From Candidatus Uzinura diaspidicola str. ASNER (GTDB lineage: Bacteria; Bacteroidota; Bacteroidia; Flavobacteriales; Blattabacteriaceae): DNA of 32,000 nt. The stretch covers positions 210,001 to 242,000 of the forward strand of contig CP003263.1 in the NCBI GenBank assembly GCA_000331975.1, read 5' to 3'. The position numbers were made by a program, and so were the translations under genes. Shown here piece by piece: positions 1 to 9,419 of the stretch. A model generated the notes under the pieces. It did no database searches. It worked only from the letters and a program-made list of their open reading frames with translations, and was not told the DNA's origin. How positions within the stretch are numbered: position 1 is the stretch's first letter; each line of letters begins with the position of its first letter.

Positions 1-1
1 A

Positions 2-1831
2 TATGGTGGTAACCATAGAATTTACGATCATATATTCAAAAAACATAAAGAACTTGAAGGGAGTTTTGATTTTGTATTGGTAGAAGGTCAAGATTATTAT
101 AATGATAACCGCGATATTGAACTGAATACGGAAGTTGCTAAACATCTACAATTACCAATTATTTTAGTAATGAATGGGGCAAATAAAAATATTAAAACTG
201 TATATGATCATATACGTCGCCAACATGTAAATTTTATAATATTAGTAATCAATAAAACACTTATTCCTTTCCAATTGCTTCAATCCTATTTGACGCGTTA
301 TTTGCCCCCTGAAGTTGTAGTTTTTACTGTTCCTCCGGATGATATTTTAGACAAGCCTACTATAATAGAGATTCAAAAAGAATTTGACGCTAAACTCATT
401 ATTGGAAGTAAATATGATTTAAATAAAATTTCCATAACTTACATAATAAGTTCTTTTCTATACTGTAATCAGTCCTTTCCCCTTTCTATTCTTAATGAAG
501 ACTTATTGATAATAACTCAAGGTGATCGTATAGATTTAATTTTGGCAACACTTATTGCTAATATTTCTTCAAAATATGGGCATATTTCAGCTCTTATATT
601 AACGGGAAGTATTCTTCCGGAAGAGACTTTTTTAAATATAATGAAGAGTGTACCTAACTTTATTCCTATTTTGGCCGGTTATTGCGATACTTTAGAAACT
701 TCTCAAAGAGTCGCTTCCATAAGAACACATTGTTGTTCCCAGAACATGGTAAAACTACAACATAGTATTAATTTATTTGAAGAATATGTAGAGAACCCAC
801 TTCTCTTTGAGAAAATTACTTTAAAAAAGTACAAGTATATTACTCCTCAAATATTTCACTACAATATAGTAAAACAAAGTAAAATTGCACAAAAACATAT
901 AGTGTTACCTGAAGGGAATGATGAACGTATATTGCTAGCTGCATCTTTTTTTTCCAAAGAAGGACTTGGAAAGATCACTATTTTAGGGAATCCTAAAAAA
1001 ATAATGGCTAAGGTAAATAGTTTAGGAATTTCTTGGGAAGAAGAGCGTATTACTATTTTGGATCCTGTATCTTCCAATTTCTACGAGGATTTTTATAGTA
1101 CTTTATATCATCTAAGAAAAGAAAAAGGGTTAAAACTTACAGAAGCAAAAAATCTTATGTTAGATATATCATATTTTGGAACAATGATGGTATATAAAGG
1201 ATTAGCTGATGGAATGGTTTCAGGCGCAGAAAATACTACAGCTTCTACAATTCGTCCAGCACTTCAATTTATAAGAACAAGGACTGATATTAATACAGTT
1301 TCATCGATATTTTTTATGCTTTTAAAGGATCGTGTACTTGTTTATGGGGATTGTGCTATTGTTCCTGATCCTACTGCTGAACAACTTGCTGATATAACTA
1401 TTGTATCTGCAAAGACTGCAGAAGATTTTGGATTTGAACCAAAAGTAGCTCTACTTTCATATTCCTCTGGTCATTCAGGATCAGGAAAACAGGTTGAAAA
1501 AGTAAGAATAGCTACAGAAATAGTAAAAAATCGTGCCCCAAAATTGCTAGTGGAAGGTCCCATACAATATGATGCTGCTGTAGACCCTAAAGTAGGAAAA
1601 AAAAAGCTGCCCAACTCTCATGTAGCAGGCTCTGCTAATGTATTTATTTTTCCTGAGTTAAACACTGGAAACAATACTTATAAAGCAGTACAAAGAGAAA
1701 CAAAATCATTAGCTATAGGCCCTGTAATTCAAGGGCTTAACAGACCAATTAATGATTTAAGTAGAGGAGCAAGTGTAGAGGATATTTACCATACTCTACT
1801 CATTACTTCAATACAATCTATACGCAATTAA
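2..1831 (+). CDS. pta: Phosphate acetyltransferase (long-form Pta), 5' end cut by the window edge
   Basis: The frame is open from nt 2 (YGGNHRIYDHIFKKHKELEGSFDFV precedes the ORF-track TTG at 77), so the gene starts upstream of the window. The C-terminal half carries PTA-type motifs (IVLPEGNDERIL, GDCAIVPDP, NRPINDLSRGASVEDI). TAA stop at 1829-1831; ackA follows 8 nt later. Confidence 0.9.
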   Translation, partial: YGGNHRIYDHIFKKHKELEGSFDFVLVEGQDYYNDNRDIELNTEVAKHLQLPIILVMNGANKNIKTVYDHIRRQHVNFIILVINKTLIPFQLLQSYLTRYLPPEVVVFTVPPDDILDKPTIIEIQKEFDAKLIIGSKYDLNKISITYIISSFLYCNQSFPLSILNEDLLIITQGDRIDLILATLIANISSKYGHISALILTGSILPEETFLNIMKSVPNFIPILAGYCDTLETSQRVASIRTHCCSQNMVKLQHSINLFEEYVENPLLFEKITLKKYKYITPQIFHYNIVKQSKIAQKHIVLPEGNDERILLAASFFSKEGLGKITILGNPKKIMAKVNSLGISWEEERITILDPVSSNFYEDFYSTLYHLRKEKGLKLTEAKNLMLDISYFGTMMVYKGLADGMVSGAENTTASTIRPALQFIRTRTDINTVSSIFFMLLKDRVLVYGDCAIVPDPTAEQLADITIVSAKTAEDFGFEPKVALLSYSSGHSGSGKQVEKVRIATEIVKNRAPKLLVEGPIQYDAAVDPKVGKKKLPNSHVAGSANVFIFPELNTGNNTYKAVQRETKSLAIGPVIQGLNRPINDLSRGASVEDIYHTLLITSIQSIRN

Positions 1832-1839
1832 TCTCCCTT

Positions 1840-3036
1840 ATGAAAAAAATATTGATACTTAATTCTGGAAGTTCATCCATAAAATATAAGCTAATTGATA
1901 TGCCAGAAAAAACAGTATTAGCTCAAGGATTGATAGAACGTATTGGAATAGAAGGAGGCTATATTAGGCATCAATATTTAAAAGAAAATAGTTGGAACAA
2001 GCTAGAAAGTTCTTTTGATACACCTGATCATCTGATAGGCCTAAAAAAAATAAATACATTGCTTTTAGATCTTAATGTTATTGATTCTCCTCTAGATATA
2101 TATTCTATTGGCCATAGAGTAGTTCATGGAGGAAATAAATTCACACAAGCTATTAAAATTACTAAAGAAGTAAAAGACGAAATTCGTCTAGTTTTTCCTT
2201 TGGCGCCGCTACATAATCCAGCAAATCTTCTAGGGATAGAGGTTGCCTCAGAAATTTTCCCAACAGCAGAGCAATTTGCTATTTTCGATACCGCTTATCA
2301 TCAAAATATGCCTGAAAAAGCTTATCGGTATGCTTTACCTCAATCTCTATATAAAACCCTTCATATACGATCATATGGATTTCATGGCGTTAGTCATCAA
2401 TATGTTACTACGGCCGCACTTAATCATATTAATAATGAAAAAGCAAATATTATTTCTCTTCATTTAGGAAATGGGGCAAGTATGGCAGCTATAAAAGAAG
2501 GAACTTCTATAGAAAGTTCAATGGGATTTGGACCTAATTCTGGTCTGATAATGGGGTCTCGTAGTGGAGACATTGATTCTACAATTCTTTTTTATTTATT
2601 AAAGAAAGGATATACGTCAAAAGAAATTTTTAATTGTTTTAATAATCAAAGTGGTATGATGGGAATTTGCGGAAGAAGCGACATGCGTGATATTAGAAAT
2701 GCATATGATCAAGGAGAAAAGAAAGCTAATATAGGATATGATATGTATGCTTATCGCATAAAGAAATATATAGGGGCTTATGTAGCTATTATGAATGGTG
2801 TAGATGCTATAATTTTTACAGGAGGAGTAGGAGAACATGATAATATAGTCCGTTCTCTTATTTGTAAAAATCTAGATACCTTAGGTATCTATCTAGATGA
2901 AGGTAAAAATACATCAACAACAACAAACGACATTCATGAAATACAGAGAGATCATAGCTACGTAAAAATCTTAATTATTTCTACAGATGAAGAAATGCAA
3001 ATAGCTAAAGAAATATGGTCTCTTTTAGAACAATAA
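1840..3036 (+). CDS. ackA: Acetate kinase
   Basis: 398-aa ORF from ATG 1840 to TAA 3034-3036. It has the acetate-kinase N-terminal signature MKKILILNSGSSSIKYKL, plus IGHRVVHGG, AFDTAYHQNMP-like FDTAYHQNMP, and IFTGGVGE. It sits directly downstream of pta. Confidence 0.95.
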   Translation: MKKILILNSGSSSIKYKLIDMPEKTVLAQGLIERIGIEGGYIRHQYLKENSWNKLESSFDTPDHLIGLKKINTLLLDLNVIDSPLDIYSIGHRVVHGGNKFTQAIKITKEVKDEIRLVFPLAPLHNPANLLGIEVASEIFPTAEQFAIFDTAYHQNMPEKAYRYALPQSLYKTLHIRSYGFHGVSHQYVTTAALNHINNEKANIISLHLGNGASMAAIKEGTSIESSMGFGPNSGLIMGSRSGDIDSTILFYLLKKGYTSKEIFNCFNNQSGMMGICGRSDMRDIRNAYDQGEKKANIGYDMYAYRIKKYIGAYVAIMNGVDAIIFTGGVGEHDNIVRSLICKNLDTLGIYLDEGKNTSTTTNDIHEIQRDHSYVKILIISTDEEMQIAKEIWSLLEQ

Positions 3037-3258
3037 GATTTTATTTATATGTCATTGTTTTTTTTGGCTTCATTTCACCAGTTCTCTATATTTCTATAAA
3101 TAAATACGAATTCTATCAAAACTACATCTTTAAATAAGAAGGAAGAATATTCTCTACAACAAAAAAACTTAGCACGAAAATTTGTTCATCTTCATAATCA
3201 TACAGATTTTTCTCTACTTTCTGCTACTACAAAGATAGACGAGCTAATAAAGCGTGCT

Positions 3259-6200
3259 TTGAAGTGGAATATGTCTGCAGTAGGTATTACCGACTATGGT
3301 AATATGATGGGAGCTTTTTCTTTTCTAAATACCATAGAAACTTATAACCAGAATATTTTAAATACGTGTAATAAGCTAAAGGGAGTCATTGGTTGTGAGT
3401 TATTTGTTTCAGTGGATTCGTCAAAAAAACCTTTAACTAAAAATCAACAAGATCAACGTTGGAAACAGGTGTTTCTTGCAAAAAATAAAAATGGTTATCA
3501 TAATTTAGTTAAATTATGTTCTGAAGGCTATATTAATGGATATTCTTCTGGTTTTCCAAGAGTAGAAAAAGAACTAATATTACAATATCAAAAGGATTTG
3601 ATTGCTCTTACCGGTGATTTAAGTGCAGAAATTCCTTATACAATACTTAATTATGGAAAAAGAAGAGCCGAGGAAGTTTTTAAGTGGTGGCATGAGAAAT
3701 TCTCAGGTGATTTTTACGTAGAACTTTTGAGACATGGGCTTAAAGAGCAGAATTATGTAAATAAAGTGTTATTACAATTTTCTCAAAAGTATGGAGTAAA
3801 ATACATTCCTCAAAACAATACTTTTTATCTAGAGAAGAAAGATGCAAACGCCCACGATATTTTACTTTGTGTTCGTGATGGAGAAAAGCAATCTGCTCAA
3901 ATTGGAATAGGCAGAGGTTATCGTTTTGGGTTTAGTAGGCAAGAATATTATTTTAAAACGCAAGACCAAATGATGACGTCTTTTTCTGATGTTCCCGAGT
4001 CTTTTGATTATTTAGATGAACTTATGGAAAAAATCAGTATTTTTTCTCTAAGCAGAGAAATCTTATTGCCTAAATTTTCTATTCCAAAAGAATTCCAATC
4101 TTCTGGATCTCTAGAAGATGGAGGAAAACGTGGGGAAAATTCTTATTTATATCATCTGGCTTTTCAAGGAGCTTATCAACATTATGGAGCAATTTCTCCC
4201 TCTATTAAAGAACGTTTGGTTTTTGAGTTATCTACGATAGAAAAAACTAGGTTTCCTGGTTATTTTCTTATAGTACAAAATTTTGTTTCGGAAGCTAGAA
4301 GGATGGGTGTATCGGTAGGGCCTGGAAGAGGATCAGTAGCAGGATCTTTAGTAGCCTATTGCGTAGGAATTACACAGATAGACCCCATTCAATACAATTT
4401 GCTTTTCGAGCGATTTTTAAATACAGATCGCGTTTCTTTACCAGATATCGATCTGGATTTAGATGATAGAGGTCGTGAAAGTATCGTAAAATGGGTCGTC
4501 AATAAATATGGTAATAAACAAGTAGCTAAAATAATAACGTACGGCATGATGGCTGCTAAATCTTCAATAAGAGATACAGCAAGAGTGTTAGATCTTTCTT
4601 TGGAGAATGCTGATAGTATAGCTAAGATGATGCCAGAGGGGGTTTCTCTTAAAAATCTTCTTTCTATGAACGTAACTCAACTAAGGAAAAAATTTTATGG
4701 ACATGACTTAGAAAATGGAGTAAAATTGCTACTAATTGCTAAGGACAACTTACTTGAAGGCAAAGTTTTACGACAAGCATGCATTCTTGAAGGATTATTG
4801 CGATGTATAGGAGTGCATGCTTGTGGAGTAATTATTACTCCTTCAGATATTACTAATTATATTCCTATAGCAATTTCGAAAGATTCAGATCTATTGCTTA
4901 CTCAATTTGACAACAATGTAGTAGAAAGTGCTGGATTGCTTAAAATAGACTTATTAGGATTAAAAACACTTACTATTATTAATGATACAGTAGAATTGGT
5001 TGAGAAAAGACATGGACTCATTATACATGAGTACCCTCTAGATGATTTAAAAACTTATCAAGTTTTTCAAAAAGGAGAAACTATAGCAATTTTTCAATAT
5101 GAATCTATTGGTATGCAACGTTATCTACGAAAGCTAAAGCCAGATTCTTTTGAAGACCTTATTGCCATGAATGCCCTTTATCGCCCCGGACCTATACAAT
5201 ATATACCTAATTTCATTGCACGAAAACATGGTAAAGAGCCTATTGTTTATGTTCTTCCAGAGATGAAAGAATTTCTAAGTAGTACATATGGAATAACTGT
5301 CTATCAAGAACAGGTAATGTTATTAGCTCAAAAATTGGCCGGCTTTACCAAAGGTCAAGCCGATATTTTGCGAAAAGCAATGGGAAAAAAACAAAAGCAT
5401 ATACTAGATAAAATTAAAAGTAAGTTTATCTATGGAGCTGTTAGAAAAGGGTTTCCAAAAAATATATTAGAAAAAATATGGAAAGACTGGGAAACTTTTG
5501 CTTCTTATGCCTTTAATAAGTCGCATTCTACCTGTTATGCTTACTTAGCATTTCAAACCGCATACTTAAAAACGCATTATACATATGAATTTATGGCAGC
5601 TGTTTTAAGTAATCATATTCATAACATAAAGGATATAAGTTTTTTTATGGCAGAATGTAGACGTTTAGGATTGAGTGTGATCGGACCAGATATTAATGAA
5701 AGCCAACAATTATTTTTAGTAAATGAAAAGGGAAATATACGTTTTGGATTTAAAGCTATCAAAGGAATTGGTGAAGCAGTTGTAGATTCTATTATTAGAG
5801 AACGTTCAAAAAATGGTCCTTATAAATCTGTTTTAGATTTAATTAAACGTATTGATTCACATATAATAAATAAAAAATCAATAGAGTCTTTAGTTTTATC
5901 AGGAGCTTTCGATAGATTTGAACCTATTCATCGTGCCCAATACTTTTATAAAGAAAGAGGGTACAATATGATTGAAAAAATCATTTTAAAAAAGAAAAAA
6001 AAGGCTCCTCTTTTTTATGATAGAGATTTCTTTTTTCCTTATTGTAACCCCTGGTTAAACATAGTTAAACTTGAAAAGGAAAAACAAACAGTAGGCATTT
6101 ACATAAGTTCTCATCCGTTGTATGACTATAGATTAGAAATATATGCGATACATGGCATATCTTTAGAAGATTTCAATAGAAACGAAGATTTATGGATAGG

Positions 6201-6699
6201 AAAGAGTAGTGTATTTCTTTATGGAATGGTTCTAAGATCAGAAAGTAAAATGTCAATAAAAAAAGGAAAAAAAGATGGGTTTTTTACATTGGAGGACTAT
6301 AAAAATATAAGAGATTTTTACATCTTTGGAGATGCATATATGAAGTTTTCTCATCTGCTTACTGCTAATACTTTTTTAGCTATAAAGGTTTTTTTAGATC
6401 GTTATAAAAATGGAGTTATTCGTATTAACTTTTTACAAATCCTTCATTTAGGTGAAGTATTCAATCTACTAAATAAAGAACTTCATATAGAAATAGAAGT
6501 TTATAAGCTAGATCATAAAATGATTGACTACATTGAAAATACTATATCAAAATATAAAGGCAACGGAACATTAAAAATATTTTTATTAGATAGAAAAGAA
6601 AATATATGTATGCCATCAAGAAAATACGATGTACACCTTGATAAGAGATTATTTATGGAACTAGAAAAAATACAAGGATTAAATCTTCAATTAAAGTAA
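3259..6699 (+). CDS. dnaE: DNA polymerase III alpha subunit (coordinates from the first canonical start; coding sequence evidently extends upstream)
   Basis: 1146-aa ORF from TTG 3259. It has PHP and Pol III alpha core motifs (GITDYGNMMGAF, PGRGSVAGSLVAYCVGITQIDP, LPDIDLDL, GLLKIDLLGLKTLT, NKSHSTCYAYLAFQTAYLK). The same frame encodes the conserved PHP start FVHLHNHTDFSLLSATTKIDELIKRA at 3181-3258. No ATG, GTG or TTG exists between the in-frame TAA at 3097-3099 and 3259 (see finding). Confidence 0.93.
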   Translation: MKWNMSAVGITDYGNMMGAFSFLNTIETYNQNILNTCNKLKGVIGCELFVSVDSSKKPLTKNQQDQRWKQVFLAKNKNGYHNLVKLCSEGYINGYSSGFPRVEKELILQYQKDLIALTGDLSAEIPYTILNYGKRRAEEVFKWWHEKFSGDFYVELLRHGLKEQNYVNKVLLQFSQKYGVKYIPQNNTFYLEKKDANAHDILLCVRDGEKQSAQIGIGRGYRFGFSRQEYYFKTQDQMMTSFSDVPESFDYLDELMEKISIFSLSREILLPKFSIPKEFQSSGSLEDGGKRGENSYLYHLAFQGAYQHYGAISPSIKERLVFELSTIEKTRFPGYFLIVQNFVSEARRMGVSVGPGRGSVAGSLVAYCVGITQIDPIQYNLLFERFLNTDRVSLPDIDLDLDDRGRESIVKWVVNKYGNKQVAKIITYGMMAAKSSIRDTARVLDLSLENADSIAKMMPEGVSLKNLLSMNVTQLRKKFYGHDLENGVKLLLIAKDNLLEGKVLRQACILEGLLRCIGVHACGVIITPSDITNYIPIAISKDSDLLLTQFDNNVVESAGLLKIDLLGLKTLTIINDTVELVEKRHGLIIHEYPLDDLKTYQVFQKGETIAIFQYESIGMQRYLRKLKPDSFEDLIAMNALYRPGPIQYIPNFIARKHGKEPIVYVLPEMKEFLSSTYGITVYQEQVMLLAQKLAGFTKGQADILRKAMGKKQKHILDKIKSKFIYGAVRKGFPKNILEKIWKDWETFASYAFNKSHSTCYAYLAFQTAYLKTHYTYEFMAAVLSNHIHNIKDISFFMAECRRLGLSVIGPDINESQQLFLVNEKGNIRFGFKAIKGIGEAVVDSIIRERSKNGPYKSVLDLIKRIDSHIINKKSIESLVLSGAFDRFEPIHRAQYFYKERGYNMIEKIILKKKKKAPLFYDRDFFFPYCNPWLNIVKLEKEKQTVGIYISSHPLYDYRLEIYAIHGISLEDFNRNEDLWIGKSSVFLYGMVLRSESKMSIKKGKKDGFFTLEDYKNIRDFYIFGDAYMKFSHLLTANTFLAIKVFLDRYKNGVIRINFLQILHLGEVFNLLNKELHIEIEVYKLDHKMIDYIENTISKYKGNGTLKIFLLDRKENICMPSRKYDVHLDKRLFMELEKIQGLNLQLK

Positions 6700-6741
6700 A
6701 TTATTATACTTATTATATTTAAATAATTTGGAGCCTAAAAG

Positions 6742-8454
6742 ATGAGCCTAAAAGTAAGAATTGCAAATTACAAAGATATAACTCATGCCCTTACCATTTC
6801 TAGAAAGATAGAAGAATCTGCAATAATTAGACAAACAGGAATTTCCAAAAGAGAAACAGAAGATATAACTAATAAAATCTTAGAAGGAAATGCTGTTGTT
6901 GCATTTTTTAATGGTATTATCGTTGGGTTTAGTTATATTGAGACTTTTCAAGAAGGGTATGTAGCAAATTCAGGAATGATAGTGTTTCCTGTATTTAGAA
7001 ATAAGGGCATATCAAAATTGATTAAAGCTTTTATACTTAAACTTTCTTCTTATAAATTTCCAATTGCTAATCTTTTTAGCATTACAACCACCCCTTCAAT
7101 TTTTAGAATAAATATGGAAAGAAACTTTAAAACAGTTTCTTTTTTAGAGCTACCTCGTTCTTATAGATTTTGGAAGAGTTGTAGAAGTTGCAAAAACTAT
7201 AATTTACTCACACTAAATAATAGTAAAATGTGTTTATGTACTGCTTTTTTGTTTGAACCAAAACATATTTTAAAAGAGAAAATAGTACTGGCTTATAGTG
7301 GTGGCTTGGATACCTCTTATTGTCTTCAGTATTTAAAAGAACAAGGTTATGAAGTGTATACAGCACAAGTCAATACAGGAGGATTTAGTAAGCTAGAATT
7401 GAAAAAGATAGAGGAAAATGCCTATGCTATAGGTGCTAAATATCATCGTAGCATTGAGGCTACTCATTTTTATTATGATAATTGCGTTAAATATTTGATT
7501 TTTGGAAATGTTTTGCGCAATAATATTTATCCACTCTCTGTTAGTTCTGAACGTATCTTTCAAGCAATTAAGATAGCAGAATATGCTAATGAAATTGATG
7601 CTAGTGCTATAGCACATGGAAGCACTTGCGCAGGAAATGATCAAGTACGTTTTGATATAGCTTTTCAAATACTTTGCCCTGATAAACGTATTCTCAGTCC
7701 TATTAGAGATAACCAATGCTCTCGTCAGGAAGAGATGAATTATTTACAAGAGCACGGAGTAGATATTAGATGGATAAAAGCTCGCTATTCTATAAATAAA
7801 GGAATTTGGGGGACAAGTGTAGGCGGTGTAGAAACTCTTACTTCTGATGAAAAGTTACCATCAGAAGCTTATCCTAATTCTTTACAAGAATTAGAAAGTA
7901 AAAATATTCAACTAGGATTTGAAGAAGGTGAATTTATTTCTATCAACAGAGAAAAATCTTATACAGTAAAGAATATTGTAAAGTTAGAACAAATTGCCTC
8001 AAAATTTGCAATTGGGCGTAATATTCATATTGGAGACACTTTAATCGGTATTAAAGGTAGGGTAGGATTTCAAGCTTCTTCAGCTATAATTCTTATTAAA
8101 GCTCATCAATTGTTAGAGAAACATATCTTAACTAAATGGCAGGTTTATTGGAAAGACCAAATTAGCAATTGGTATGGTATGCTCCTACATGAGGCTCAAT
8201 ATCTTGATCCTGTGATGCGTAATATTGAAGCATTTTTTAGGGATACACAACGTCGTGTTAGTGGAGAGGTAGTTATAAAATTAACTCCTTATAAACTAGA
8301 ACTTATCGGAGTAAAATCAAGTAATGATCTTATGCAATCTCAAAATGAAAAATATGGAGAATCCAATGAGGATTGGAATGCTGAGGATGCAAAAGGATTT
8401 ATCAAGATATTTGGAAAACAAATGAAGATGTATCATAATATAAAAAATGATTAA
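6742..8454 (+). CDS. argG: Fusion protein: N-terminal GNAT acyltransferase domain joined to argininosuccinate synthase
   Basis: One uninterrupted 570-aa ORF. Residues 1 to about 175 look like a GNAT fold (acyl-CoA motif RNKGIS at nt 6997-7014; Cys-rich tail CRSC...CLC). Residues about 181-570 are ArgG (IVLAYSGGLDTSYCL PP-loop, AHGSTCAGNDQVRFD, WGTSVGG). There is an internal ATG at 7228. Confidence 0.9.
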   Translation: MSLKVRIANYKDITHALTISRKIEESAIIRQTGISKRETEDITNKILEGNAVVAFFNGIIVGFSYIETFQEGYVANSGMIVFPVFRNKGISKLIKAFILKLSSYKFPIANLFSITTTPSIFRINMERNFKTVSFLELPRSYRFWKSCRSCKNYNLLTLNNSKMCLCTAFLFEPKHILKEKIVLAYSGGLDTSYCLQYLKEQGYEVYTAQVNTGGFSKLELKKIEENAYAIGAKYHRSIEATHFYYDNCVKYLIFGNVLRNNIYPLSVSSERIFQAIKIAEYANEIDASAIAHGSTCAGNDQVRFDIAFQILCPDKRILSPIRDNQCSRQEEMNYLQEHGVDIRWIKARYSINKGIWGTSVGGVETLTSDEKLPSEAYPNSLQELESKNIQLGFEEGEFISINREKSYTVKNIVKLEQIASKFAIGRNIHIGDTLIGIKGRVGFQASSAIILIKAHQLLEKHILTKWQVYWKDQISNWYGMLLHEAQYLDPVMRNIEAFFRDTQRRVSGEVVIKLTPYKLELIGVKSSNDLMQSQNEKYGESNEDWNAEDAKGFIKIFGKQMKMYHNIKND

Positions 8455-9415
8455 AATAGGATTATTAGGAGGTTCTGGGTTTACAGCAGGAGAGCTTTTA
8501 CGTATATTACTTAAGCATCCAAAAGTAAATATTTCAAGTGTTGTGAGTAAATCACAAGCAGGGCTTCCTGTATCTAAAGTACACAAAGATTTAGTTGGGG
8601 AAACTGCTATTTTTTTTACTGACCATTTAGATGATGATATTGAGGTAGTATTTCTATGTTTAGGTACTAATAAATCTAAAGAGTGCTTAAAATCTCTTTC
8701 ATATAAAACATCAATTATCGATATAAGCAATGATTTCAGACTTTTAAAAAATTCAAGTGGACGATATTTTATCTATGGTTTATCAGAGTTATATAGTGAT
8801 AGGATAAAAAAAGCACGTAATATTGCTAATCCTGGTTGCTTTGCAACAGCAATACAGTTAGCTCTTTTACCATTAGCAAATATGTCTTTTCTTAAAGACG
8901 ACATTCATATTAGCGCAATTACAGGATCAAGTGGAGGAGGACGAAGTTCTATAAGTGAATATAGTAATTTTAGTTTTCGTGCAAATAATATTTCTACTTA
9001 CAAAGTCTTTACTCATCAACACATAAAAGAAATATATCAAAATTTAAAGTTCTTGCAAAGAGATTTTCAACAAAGAATTTTTTTTACTCCTTATAAAGGA
9101 AATTTTACCAGAGGTATTTTTGCAACTATATATGTTCGTTCTTCAATATCTTTGAAAGATATTGAAGATATTTACAAAACTTTTTATAAGTCCCATCCAT
9201 TTACTTTTTTATCAGAGAATCCTATACATATAAAACAAGTAGTAAATACTAATAAATGTCTATTGCATATAGACAAGGAAAACGGTTTTTTAATTATAAG
9301 TAGTGTAATTGATAATCTTTTGAAGGGAGCTTCAGGACAAGCTATTCAGAATCTCAATCTTATGTATGGATACGAAGAAACTTGCGGATTGGAGTTAAAA
9401 TCGCTTGCAATTTAA
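8447..9415 (+). CDS. argC: N-acyl-gamma-glutamyl-phosphate reductase
   Basis: 322 aa. NAD-binding N-terminus IKIGLLGGSGFTAGELLRILLKHP and catalytic-Cys motif NPGCFATA. ATG 8447 overlaps the argG 3' end by 8 nt (ATGATTAA). Confidence 0.92.
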   Translation: MIKIGLLGGSGFTAGELLRILLKHPKVNISSVVSKSQAGLPVSKVHKDLVGETAIFFTDHLDDDIEVVFLCLGTNKSKECLKSLSYKTSIIDISNDFRLLKNSSGRYFIYGLSELYSDRIKKARNIANPGCFATAIQLALLPLANMSFLKDDIHISAITGSSGGGRSSISEYSNFSFRANNISTYKVFTHQHIKEIYQNLKFLQRDFQQRIFFTPYKGNFTRGIFATIYVRSSISLKDIEDIYKTFYKSHPFTFLSENPIHIKQVVNTNKCLLHIDKENGFLIISSVIDNLLKGASGQAIQNLNLMYGYEETCGLELKSLAI

Positions 9416-9419
9416 TCCA

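Noticed and set aside
2243-2467. Same-strand alternative-frame ORFs inside ackA (2243-2467) and inside argF' (15443-15649).
   Set aside because: They are embedded out of frame in genes with clear family motifs, and they have no independent signals or motifs.
8317-8730. 137-aa ORF antisense to the argG/argC junction. Similar antisense ORFs occur at 859-1077, 2617-2838, 7393-7716, 13019-13222, 14727-14963, 19009-19227, 27147-27365, 27522-27752 and 28832-29023.
   Set aside because: All lie wholly inside strongly supported genes on the opposite strand. Their low-complexity I/L/F/S-rich translations carry no recognisable motifs. They are shadow ORFs produced by the codon bias of the real genes.
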